DNA of 64,000 nt from Chitinophagaceae bacterium (lineage in GTDB: Bacteria > Bacteroidota > Bacteroidia > Chitinophagales > Chitinophagaceae): NCBI GenBank assembly GCA_039811185.1, contig JBDHYF010000001.1, positions 34,458-98,457 on the forward strand, written 5' to 3'. Below are positions 34,197 to 44,000 of the stretch, piece by piece. Positions within the stretch are counted from its first letter, which is position 1. Each line of letters starts with the position of its first letter. The position numbers and the translations under genes were made by a program. The notes beneath the pieces are model-generated. The model was not told where the DNA came from. It did not search any database and saw nothing but the letters and a program-made list of their open reading frames with translations.

Positions 34197-34964
34197 TTAA
34201 GTGCGCACACTGCTGTTAACGTTTTTGCTATGAATGGCAGCAGCAATTTCTTTTAACAATGTGGGGTCTTTTTCAATGGCATTGCCCACTACAATTACAT
34301 CGGCGCCTGCTTCGCAGTTAACGTAGGCTTTTTCGGCTGTTTGAATGCCGCCTCCTATAATCAGCGGGGCAGCAATGTTCCGGCTCACTTTTTCAATCAT
34401 CGTTTCGGGAATCGGGTTTTTCGCACCGCTTCCTGCATCCATATAAATCAGTTTCATGCCGAGCATTTCGCCCGCCATTGCCGTGCAAATGCTGATGTCG
34501 TTTTTATCAGCAGGAATTGGACTGGCGTTTGAAATATACGATACCGTTGTAGGAGCGCCTCCATCAATCACCATATATCCTGTAGAAATGATTTCGAGGC
34601 CGCTTTGTTTCACCGCAGCCGCGCTGATAACGTGTTGCCCAATCAGAAGTTCGGCATTACGACCTGATATTAGCGATAAGTACAGCAGGGCGTCGGCATA
34701 CCGGCTAATCTGCGATGGCGACCCGGGAAATAAAACCACCGGAACATCGCATGCAGCCTTCAGTTGCTGAATACACTGATCCAGATGGTTACTGATAACC
34801 AAACTTCCACCCACAAAAAAATAATCGACTCCTGCCTGCATCGATAATTCGATCAGTTGATGCAGCTTTTTTTCATCCACCTTATCCGGATCAATTAAAA
34901 CAGCAAAAGCTTTCCGCCCGTGCTTTTTATGCGCAACCAACTGCTGATAAATACTCTGCTTCAT
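34197..34964 (-). CDS. Geranylgeranylglyceryl phosphate synthase family protein (PcrB/GGGPS)
   Basis: Blocks present: FAVLIDPDK, FFVGGSL, YMDAGSGA and PLIIGGGI in a TIM-barrel pattern. ATG 34964 was preferred over TTG 35021. Confidence 0.85.
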   Translation of the reverse strand: MKQSIYQQLVAHKKHGRKAFAVLIDPDKVDEKKLHQLIELSMQAGVDYFFVGGSLVISNHLDQCIQQLKAACDVPVVLFPGSPSQISRYADALLYLSLISGRNAELLIGQHVISAAAVKQSGLEIISTGYMVIDGGAPTTVSYISNASPIPADKNDISICTAMAGEMLGMKLIYMDAGSGAKNPIPETMIEKVSRNIAAPLIIGGGIQTAEKAYVNCEAGADVIVVGNAIEKDPTLLKEIAAAIHSKNVNSSVRT

Positions 34965-35212
34965 GCAAATTTTTAATAGGCCGAAAGGCCGGGTTAAAAA
35001 TACGGCTAATTTGGTTGGCAATTATACGCATTTCTTAGCGGATATGCCGGTTAGAGATTGTTGACAATGCCCTTAAAACAGGGAAAAACCGAAACAAAAG
35101 GGAAAGGCGCCCCATCAAATTCCAAACCGTTTTGCCGGAATACCAGCCGAGTTTTTACGATGATTTTCTCATTCTTCACAGCCTCAATCCGTTACCAATT
35201 TCCACACCCGAT

Positions 35213-35230
35213 TATCAACATGTGTTGATA
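35213..35230. promoter_or_regulatory. Perfect 8-2-8 inverted repeat TATCAACAtgTGTTGATA upstream of nrdJ (candidate operator)
   Basis: Read directly, about 100 nt upstream of nrdJ ATG 35333. A related 5-3-5 repeat TAACAtttTGTTA lies at 35280-35292. Confidence 0.4.
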
Positions 35231-35332
35231 TTTTGAAAGCAAAACTTTGAAAACAGAAAGATATTTTCGTTATCCGCTATAACATTTTGTTAGCATTTAA
35301 AACAATCAATTATTACCTCAAAATATTCTTCC

Positions 35333-38300
35333 ATGGCAAAAAAACTTTCCGAAAAAAAACTGGCGTTCAACCGCCGCTTCACACGCGAAGGACTTTCTCC
35401 CTTCGATCAGTTTGAGTACGACTATCGAACCAGCATTATTCGCAACCCAACGGGCGAGGTAGTGTTTGAAATGAACAACGTTGAAGTTCCCAAGCAGTGG
35501 AGCCAAATTGCCACCGACATTATTGCCCAAAAGTATTTTAGAAAGGCCGGAGTGCCTCAGCCCGACGGAAGCACAGGGCGCGAAACAAGTGCTAAGCAGG
35601 TGGCGCACCGTATGGCCAACTGCTGGCGTGTTTGGGGAGAACGTTATGGATATTTTGAAACGGAAAAAGACGCTCAAATTTTTTATGAGGAGCTGGTGTA
35701 CTCTATTTTAAATCAGGCCTGTGTTCCCAATTCGCCGCAATGGTTTAACACCGGACTTCATGAAAGCTATGGCATCACCGGAAAGCCACAGGGACACTAC
35801 TATGTTGATCCGGCAGATTCGAAGCTGAAAAAATCGAAAAACGCATACGAACGCCCTCAGCCACACGCTTGTTTTATTTTAAGTGTTGGCGATGATTTGG
35901 TGAACGAAGGCGGCATCATGGACCTTTGGGTACGCGAGGCAAGAATATTTAAATATGGAAGCGGAGTAGGCACCAACTTCTCGCAGATAAGAGGAGCAGG
36001 CGAAAAACTTAGCGGTGGCGGAACTTCATCCGGACTGATGAGCTTTTTAAAGATTGGCGATCGCGCCGCGGGCGCCATCAAATCGGGTGGCACTACCCGC
36101 CGGGCCGCTAAAATGGTTTGTCTCGATCTGGATCATCCGGAAATAATGGAGTTCATTAACTGGAAGGTAGAAGAGGAAAAGAAAGTAGGAGCCCTCATCA
36201 ATGCCGGTTACGATTCGCATTACGAAGGCGAAGCCTATGCAACCGTTTCCGGACAGAACTCTAACAACTCAGTGCGTATTCCAAACGAATTCTTTCAAAA
36301 ATTAGACAACAACGAAGACTGGGAACTGAAAGCACGCACCGATGGCCGAGTTATGAAGAAAATTCCTGCGCGGGAAGTGTGGAACCACATATCGTATGCG
36401 GCTTGGCGTTGCGCCGATCCGGGCACGCAATACGACACTACTATCAACGAATGGCATACTTGTCCGGAAGGCGGCAGAATCAACGCGTCGAACCCCTGCT
36501 CCGAATACATGTTTCTCGACAACACAGCTTGCAATCTTGCTTCGGTAAATTTGCGCAAGTTTTTCGATGAAACCACCAAAACTTTCGATGTTGAAGGATT
36601 CGAATACACAACAAGATTATGGACGGTAGTACTGGAGATATCGGTGCTCATGGCTCAGTTCCCATCTAAAGAAGTTGCGCAACTTTCGTACGACTACCGT
36701 ACGCTGGGGCTGGGCTTCGCCAACCTCGGTTCGGTGCTGATGGTAAGCGGCATCCCTTACGACAGTGAAAAAGCTTTTGCATTTGCGGGCGCTATATCCG
36801 CAATTATGACGGGCATCTCCTATAAAACATCAGCAGAAATGGCCGCCTTCTTAGGGCCCTTTGCGCGCTTTGAAGAAAACCGCAGCAACATGCTACGTGT
36901 AATGAACAACCACCGCGCCGCCGCCTACGACGCCGAAGATGCGTACGAAGGCCTTGAAGTAAAGCCAAAGGGAATCGACGCCCGCTTTTGTCCGGATTAT
37001 CTGCTGAAATCGGCTACAAAAGCCTGGGACGACGCCGTAAAGCTCGGCGAAGAACACGGTTACAGGAATGCGCAAACCACGGTAATTGCGCCTACCGGAA
37101 CCATCGGACTGGTTATGGATTGTGATACTACCGGCGTGGAACCTGATTTTGCACTGGTAAAGTTTAAAAAACTAAGTGGCGGCGGCTACTTTAAAATCAT
37201 TAACCAGTCTGTGCCTCTTGCACTGGAAAATCTGGGCTACGACAAGAAAGAAATCGATGCTATTGTTAAGTATGCTGTAGGCGCTGCCAGCTTTGAAGGA
37301 GCACCGTTTATCAATCCCCAGACCTTAAGCGAAAAAGGATTTTTGGGAGAAGAAATTAAGAAACTGAACGATGCGGCAAAAGCGGCTTTCGAAATAGGCT
37401 TTCTCTTTAACAGGTTCACGCTTGGCGATGCCTGCCTGAAACGTCTTGGCTTCAGCGAAGAAGTGTTTAGCGACTGGGAATTTAATCTTTTAGAAGCACT
37501 CGGCTTTTCCGATGAAGAGATCGATGCTGCCAACGACTATGTATGCGGCACCATGACAGTGGAAGGTGCGCCCTTCCTGAAAGAGGAGCATTTACCCGTG
37601 TTCGACTGCGCCAATAAATGCGGAAAAAAAGGCGAAAGATTTATTCATGCTCATGGACACATCAAGATGATGGCGGCCTGTCAGCCTTTTTTGAGCGGTG
37701 CCATCTCTAAAACCATTAACCTTCCACATGAAGCATCCGTTGAAGAAATCAGCGACGCCTACTATTTAAGCTGGAAGCTCGGATTAAAGGCGTGTGCGCT
37801 ATACCGCGATGGTTCTAAACTATCTCAGCCGCTTAGCAACAAGTCAGACAAAAAGAAAAAACAAGATGAAGGCGATGCTGCGGAAAAAACATCTGTGCAA
37901 ACGGAAGATACAGATACAAATATTGTAGACTTAAGCCGCCTCACCGTTGATGAGCTGCTTGAAGAAGTACAGCGGAGAATGCAGGAGTCGATCGATACTA
38001 AACTAAAACGACAGCTATCCAGGATCGTAGAACGAAAACAGCTCCCTGCAAAACGCCGTGGCTTTACACAGAAGGCGAAAATCAACGGACAGGTTTTGTT
38101 CCTTCGTACCGGCGAATACGGCGATGGAACGCTGGGTGAAATATTTATCGATCTGGCAAAAGAAGGCTCCACACTTCGCAGTTTAATGAACTGCTTTGCC
38201 ATTGCTGTTTCCGTTGGTTTGCAGTACGGCGTGCCGTTAGAAGAGTTTGTAGACAAGTTTGTGTTTACCAAGTTTGAACCTGCGGGAATGGTAGACCATC

Positions 38301-38650
38301 CAAACATTAAAACCACCACTTCGCTTGTTGATTTTGTGTTCCGGGCATTGGCTTACGAATACTTAAACCGGACCGATTTGGTTCATATTGCCGACCGCCC
38401 TGAAATTGGCAATCTGGGTGAAGATGAACACGACGCAAAGCCCGAACTAAGCAGCGTAAGAATTACGGCAACAGCGGCGGCCAAAGCAGTGAAACCGGTG
38501 AAAGCTGAAGCAGGACTTGACGCCGTAAACATGGCTGCTAAAAATATGCAAAGCGATGCGCCGGCTTGTAATGTTTGCGGACACATCACCTTAAGAAGCG
38601 GAACCTGCTATAAGTGTTTAAACTGTGGTAACAGCATGGGATGCAGCTAA
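35333..38650 (+). CDS. nrdJ: Adenosylcobalamin-dependent ribonucleotide reductase (class II)
   Basis: Blocks present: NPCSEYMFLDNTACNLASVNL (catalytic Cys loop), GEIFIDLAKEGSTLRSLMN...QYGVPLEEFV, and a C-terminal CxxC...CxxC tail. Confidence 0.95.
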   Translation: MAKKLSEKKLAFNRRFTREGLSPFDQFEYDYRTSIIRNPTGEVVFEMNNVEVPKQWSQIATDIIAQKYFRKAGVPQPDGSTGRETSAKQVAHRMANCWRVWGERYGYFETEKDAQIFYEELVYSILNQACVPNSPQWFNTGLHESYGITGKPQGHYYVDPADSKLKKSKNAYERPQPHACFILSVGDDLVNEGGIMDLWVREARIFKYGSGVGTNFSQIRGAGEKLSGGGTSSGLMSFLKIGDRAAGAIKSGGTTRRAAKMVCLDLDHPEIMEFINWKVEEEKKVGALINAGYDSHYEGEAYATVSGQNSNNSVRIPNEFFQKLDNNEDWELKARTDGRVMKKIPAREVWNHISYAAWRCADPGTQYDTTINEWHTCPEGGRINASNPCSEYMFLDNTACNLASVNLRKFFDETTKTFDVEGFEYTTRLWTVVLEISVLMAQFPSKEVAQLSYDYRTLGLGFANLGSVLMVSGIPYDSEKAFAFAGAISAIMTGISYKTSAEMAAFLGPFARFEENRSNMLRVMNNHRAAAYDAEDAYEGLEVKPKGIDARFCPDYLLKSATKAWDDAVKLGEEHGYRNAQTTVIAPTGTIGLVMDCDTTGVEPDFALVKFKKLSGGGYFKIINQSVPLALENLGYDKKEIDAIVKYAVGAASFEGAPFINPQTLSEKGFLGEEIKKLNDAAKAAFEIGFLFNRFTLGDACLKRLGFSEEVFSDWEFNLLEALGFSDEEIDAANDYVCGTMTVEGAPFLKEEHLPVFDCANKCGKKGERFIHAHGHIKMMAACQPFLSGAISKTINLPHEASVEEISDAYYLSWKLGLKACALYRDGSKLSQPLSNKSDKKKKQDEGDAAEKTSVQTEDTDTNIVDLSRLTVDELLEEVQRRMQESIDTKLKRQLSRIVERKQLPAKRRGFTQKAKINGQVLFLRTGEYGDGTLGEIFIDLAKEGSTLRSLMNCFAIAVSVGLQYGVPLEEFVDKFVFTKFEPAGMVDHPNIKTTTSLVDFVFRALAYEYLNRTDLVHIADRPEIGNLGEDEHDAKPELSSVRITATAAAKAVKPVKAEAGLDAVNMAAKNMQSDAPACNVCGHITLRSGTCYKCLNCGNSMGCS

Positions 38651-38676
38651 AAAAAATTTCGACCTAACCCCTTTTA

Positions 38677-38704
38677 CTCCGGACCAAAAGTCCGGAGTTT
38701 TTTA
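38677..38704 (+). terminator. Rho-independent terminator after nrdJ
   Basis: Perfect 8-bp stem CTCCGGAC/GTCCGGAG with loop CAAAA, followed by a T7 run that overlaps the pbpC stop codon. Confidence 0.8.
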
Positions 38705-41065
38705 TTTACGCGGCGCCAAAACCTCGAAGCGGCGGCTCACACTTTCACCCTCTTCATCCACAATTCGCAGCACATGAAAACCCGGCGACGCATCGATTGC
38801 CATCCGGTGAAAGGCAGTTGTTTCACCCAAATAGCTGTCATCTAAATGCCAAAAAATCCTGGCGCCGCTGTTTTTATGCGATGCCTGACATATCATTCTT
38901 CCTTTCTGCCCATCCAATTCGAGAGGGATGTAGATTTTTGAGTTTTCGGAAGGATAAATCAATTCCATAACACCTTTTCCATTGCTTCCATTGCAACCGG
39001 GCAAATAAGGAGGAAGTGATTGATAGCCCGGGTGCAGCGGCTTGTAATAATATTCCATCGTGGGCGGCAACACAAACCAACTCTTTTTCTTCATCAATGA
39101 AACAGGATAACAATTATCACTCACTCTCGCATCACCCTGAGTGGTTAGATGAATGGTTTGATGGTATGGGCAAAGTGGACTGTTTACTGCTCGTTGCGGC
39201 AACATAACCGTATCCGGGTTGTCACAGTCAAAGCCTGCCCTGAAGCCGCTTTCACGGCATACCGGTTCGTAAACAACTTTTGCGGTGGGCATTGCAAAAG
39301 GCGGCGACTCGGGTAGCTCGCGGAAGATGTCGAACATCACCGGTGCCGCTGCTTTTATACCCAGTAGTTCAGGCCTTCCTTCGCCGTCTGCATTACCTGC
39401 CCAAACACCTACTACATACCGCGAGCTGACGCCTATAGACCATGCATCGCGAAAGCCAAAGCTGGTGCCTGTTTTCCATGCGATCTTTTCCGCCGATCCA
39501 AACTGTTGCCACAGTCCTTCGTCGCCTGGTCGCATCACTTCCTGCATCGCTTTGAATGTGTACCAAATTGCATTGAGGTTAAGCAGGCTCAGCAAGTCTT
39601 TAGAATGGTTGTTTCCACGCTTCCCTTTCAGGTATCCGGGTTGAAAAAAGTTGTCGGCATATACATCGCCGGTGCTTCGCTTCGCGCTATTCAGCGACCG
39701 GGCAAGTGCTGCATACATACCACATAAATCCCACAGCGTTACCTCACTTCCCCCTAATATCATTGATAGCCCATAGTGGCCCGCGGGTTTATTCATTGTA
39801 GTAGTGCCGAGTTGTTTCAGAAGGTCGTAAAAACGTTCGTATTTGTATTGCTGCAGAATTTTTACGTAGGGAATATTTAAGCTTCGCGATAGCGCCTCGG
39901 ACGCCGGTACAGCGCCGTCGAACGACCTGTCGAAATTTTGCGGAGTATAGCCAGAAATCTGAGTAGGAATATCAGGAAGAAGCGTATGCGGGAGGATTTG
40001 TCCATCGCTGAGTGCAGCCGCATACAACAATGGTTTCAGTGTGCTGCCCGGGCTCCGCGGAGCCGTAATGATGTCTACATAAGCGTTGTCGTCCGGATTA
40101 GTTGAAGAAATATTGCCAACGTATGCCAACGCATTACCCGTTGAAACATCGAGCACCAATGCGCACAGATTATTAATAGCATTCGCTTTTAAGCGAAGAT
40201 GATGACGCGTTACAATGTCGGCGACTTTCTTTTGCAACTGTATGTCGAGCGTAGTTGCGCCGATAGCGGGCTCATGCGTTTTTTGTTCCAGCTTATACCG
40301 CTGTAATAAGTGCGGCGCATAGTCGGGAAGCGGGAAAGGCCGTTGTGGCAGGGGTTCTAAAATTGAAAGATGAAATGTTTCTTCGTCGATTATCTTTTCA
40401 TCTGCGAGCATGCGCAGCAAACGATTTCTTTTTTTCAGCAGCAACTCCCTGTTTTTCCCGGGGTGAATGAGAGATGGTGCGTTGGGAAGTACGGCTAACG
40501 TGGCCATTTCACTCCAGCTCAGTAACTCCGGGCTGCGTCCGAAATAGCGCCAGGCCGCTGCATCCAAACCAACCACGTTTCCGCCAAAAGGCGCATTGGA
40601 GGCATAAAGCGCGAGGATGGCTTTTTTAGAATAGCTGCATTCGAGCCGTACGGCCTGCATTGCTTCTACTATTTTTTGAAAAAAGCTGCGTTCTTTATTG
40701 GCATGTGAAAGCCGCATTACCTGCATCGGCAAAGTGCTCGCCCCCTGCCGGCTACGGCTCTTGTTTAGGTTAAACTTCAGGGCTCTTGCAACAGCAATGG
40801 GATCGATGCCAAAATGGTAAAAGAATCGCTTGTCTTCGAACTGAACAACGCACTTCTTAAACTTTTCGGGAACCGATGTCCGAAGCGGAAATCGCCATTG
40901 CCCATCGTCTGCAATCGTTGCTCCGAGTAAGTTGTTGTCTTTATCGTACAGCACATAACTCACCGGCGCACCAAACAGCTTTGCAGGAAAACTGCTCCAC
41001 CAAAAAGCGCCTGCCACAGCACAGAGTATAGCTGCTATCCACCATTTCTTTTTACGCGTCCGCAC
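38702..41065 (-). CDS. pbpC: Penicillin-binding protein 1C (bifunctional GT51 transglycosylase/transpeptidase-like)
   Basis: GTG start 16 nt after the A2M stop. It has the GT51 motif (FEDKRFFYHFGIDP), SxxK (STLK), KTGT, and a PBP1C-type C-terminal domain. Confidence 0.9.
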   Translation of the reverse strand: MRTRKKKWWIAAILCAVAGAFWWSSFPAKLFGAPVSYVLYDKDNNLLGATIADDGQWRFPLRTSVPEKFKKCVVQFEDKRFFYHFGIDPIAVARALKFNLNKSRSRQGASTLPMQVMRLSHANKERSFFQKIVEAMQAVRLECSYSKKAILALYASNAPFGGNVVGLDAAAWRYFGRSPELLSWSEMATLAVLPNAPSLIHPGKNRELLLKKRNRLLRMLADEKIIDEETFHLSILEPLPQRPFPLPDYAPHLLQRYKLEQKTHEPAIGATTLDIQLQKKVADIVTRHHLRLKANAINNLCALVLDVSTGNALAYVGNISSTNPDDNAYVDIITAPRSPGSTLKPLLYAAALSDGQILPHTLLPDIPTQISGYTPQNFDRSFDGAVPASEALSRSLNIPYVKILQQYKYERFYDLLKQLGTTTMNKPAGHYGLSMILGGSEVTLWDLCGMYAALARSLNSAKRSTGDVYADNFFQPGYLKGKRGNNHSKDLLSLLNLNAIWYTFKAMQEVMRPGDEGLWQQFGSAEKIAWKTGTSFGFRDAWSIGVSSRYVVGVWAGNADGEGRPELLGIKAAAPVMFDIFRELPESPPFAMPTAKVVYEPVCRESGFRAGFDCDNPDTVMLPQRAVNSPLCPYHQTIHLTTQGDARVSDNCYPVSLMKKKSWFVLPPTMEYYYKPLHPGYQSLPPYLPGCNGSNGKGVMELIYPSENSKIYIPLELDGQKGRMICQASHKNSGARIFWHLDDSYLGETTAFHRMAIDASPGFHVLRIVDEEGESVSRRFEVLAPRK

Positions 41066-41081
41066 CTATTGCCAATCGTTT

Positions 41082-44000
41082 TTATTTCCGTTCATCTTTT
41101 TGCACTTCCACCCATTGGCCGTTCGTCACTGCCTGAATGTTTTCGTTATACATTTCATTACAGATAATGGCCGGAAGATAGAACCGACCGGTGTAAGCCG
41201 CGGTCAGTCGCAGATAAAACACTTTCGTTTCCATCGGTTTTAAATCGAAATAAGTGAGCGCACGATCATCCCGGATATTTTGGTACTGCATAGCGGAAGA
41301 CACAAATCCGCCTTCCGATTCTACAAGGCGTGTGTTTAAAATTTCCCAGCCCGACAGTATAATCTGCGTTAAAGCCATCCGTTTGTAAACGCCGCGTCCG
41401 CCGGGGTTGGTAACACTTATTTTTGCAACGAAATCGGTGCCCTGTTGTAAGGCGGAAATATTTAGCGGTTGTTTGTTTTTAGAAAGATAGCTCACGTTCA
41501 TTTTAAGCAGAGCGGGGTTGTTTTTCAACTCCAGCTTTTCGCCGGTAAGCGGTTGTCCGGACGTGATAGTACGGATGAATAATTGATTGGCGCCTTTGTT
41601 TCTCACCCTCACCGAAGGGGCAACATTACCCGAAGGAATTTCGATCCTTGACAAATAGCCGGAAGAGTTAACAGACTGCGTTTTTCCGTTGATTGTTACC
41701 TCGGCAATCATCTTTCTTCCATCAGCGTTTTTGCCTGCAAACTCTGCAACTGCGAGCAGTGCATAAGCGGTTGTTTGCGTGCTGTACCAGCTATCTTGAG
41801 AAAGCGCGGCCGCAACCTTATCTAAAACGCGGGCGGCTTGCTGTGTTTTACCCATCAACAAAAGTGATTCAAGCACCATGGCATCATCGCGTAAAGCAGA
41901 GCCGTAGGTGCCGTTACCTGCCTGCGGCTCATCGGATGATATCGCTGATCCCGATATGATATTTGCTGCGGTGGATTGCTGCCCCGCCAGCGTGTATGCC
42001 GCTGCCAGTCGCCATTTCGCCGCGTTGGAAAGATATTTGAACGATTTCAGGCGATTCATTGCACCTAAGTCGGATGCTTTGGCAAGCGCCAAGGTAAACA
42101 ACCTGTATGCCTGCGCCAGATCCGCACCAAAAAATTGTGTTGTAGCAGGTGCCCAGGAAGCGGCCTTGCTTCTTTGGAAGCCAATCCATCCGTTCATCAT
42201 TTGTGTAGGAACATTAAAGCCTTCTTTTTGTGCAAGCAAAAGAAAATGTCCTGCGTAAGTGGTGGCCCAGTCATCTGCTTCGCGCTGACCCGGCCAGTAC
42301 GAAAATCCGCCGTCGGGTGTTTGAAAATTCGCGAGGGAAGCGATTCCCGCTTTTATGTTTTTTTCCACTGATGCTTTCTCCGATGCGGTGAGGTCGGTCA
42401 GGCGGCCGAGATATAGCTGTGCAAATACCGCTGATGTAATCTGTTCGGCGCAACCATGCGGATAGTGAATTAAAAAGCTGAGATGTTTTTCGAGACTGAT
42501 TGGCGGTGAAGAAGAAATTTCCAGCGTATGTGTATTTGTTTTCACGTCTCCGAAAGTGGGAAGGGTTCCGCTCCAGGACGCGCCCGCTGCAACGGTTTCA
42601 GCGGAAGCGGTTGTTACAAACGGATTCGCATTTCTAACATTTAATTCGGCATTGTATTCGGCCTTCTCCTTTCCCGCAGCGGCAACAATTTTTACCTTTC
42701 CTACGCCTGTTGTGTTCCTCACCTTGAGAGTAAAAAACACCGTTTGCTCGCCCTGGCCGGTGAAATGCAGCGGTTGGCTGCCGACTGTACCCACATCAAA
42801 TAGATTATTTGTCTGTAATGAAAGCTGAACCGTTTTTATATTGTTTTCAGTGGTAAAAACGGTTACGGGTAACTGTATTTCTTCGCCCGGACTTAACACC
42901 CGCGGCAAGGTACCTAACACCATCACCGGTTTTTTTACCTGCACTGTTTTCTCTTCGCTTCCGTATGCATCGTTGCCGGCGGCTACCACCATCACCCTTA
43001 CGGATCCGGCGTATTGTGGAAGCAGAAAATCATGCTTTTTCTTTCCTTTATCCAGTTTAAAGGGGCCCATAAACTTTACTACCGGCGGAAAACGGTTTGC
43101 GCCTCTTGGTTGCCGGTTATAATTAATGCCTTCGTCGCCGCCTATCGTGAGTATTCTTTCAATGTTACTGCCCCAGGCGCCAATTACAAAATCATAAATA
43201 TCCCAGGTTTTCACCCAAAGTGCTTCTCTTGCATAGAAATATTTATGCGGCGCAGGCGTTTTGTAGTTGGTTAAATCGAGCAAGCCATCATCCACAATTG
43301 CGATGCTATACCACATGGGCTTATTGTTTTTTTCGGATATTGTCACCGATGTGTTTTGCTCGGGCCGTATCACAGCCGGCATCTCAATTACCGGGTATAG
43401 AACCGTTTCTTTGTCTTCTACCTGAATCGGAATTACGCCATACATTCTGATGGGAAGATCGTTCACTGTTTGGCCGTACGGCTGCAAGAGTGAAACACTT
43501 GCATAAACGTTGGGTGCATAAGATTTTTCGGCTTTGAAGGTGAACTGTGTTTGACCGGCTTTCGTATCCACCCACCAGGTTTTCAACACACGGCTTCCTG
43601 ATGTTATGGTAACTAACCCTTTGCCGTTGTTGGTTCCGGGAATGGTGATCGTAATGTCGTCGCCGGGTTTATAGCTGTTTTTATTTGAGGTAAAAGAAAG
43701 CATGGATGCCGCTGTTGGATCCTCGAAATTATTACGGCTCTGCCATCCGGGGTCGTCCATATAAACAACGTCGCCTGTGGTGTGTCCGCTGGCAATATCT
43801 TTCACTAAGATGAGGTAACGACCCCAGGCATTTTCGGGTACGGAGAAGCGCCAATCGGCTTTTCCGTTTGTTGTTGTGACTTCTTGCTTACTGATGAGTT
43901 TGTTGTATTTGTCCTGCGTAAAATTGGTAAATTCAAATCCGCTGCGGTCCCACCACCAGCGCCACTGCACTTTGTAGAAGGTAACTTCCAGTCGTCTGTC

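Noticed and set aside
35075-35140. Cobalamin-riboswitch-like fragments upstream of nrdJ (AAAAGGGAA...; GCCGGAATACCAGCC resembling a B12 box)
   Set aside because: Only about 11 of 16 positions match the B12 box as I recall it. The conserved GGTG...CC and GCCACTG-type core elements are not present. B12 repression of a B12-dependent reductase would also be illogical. A covariance-model scan (RF00174) would settle it.
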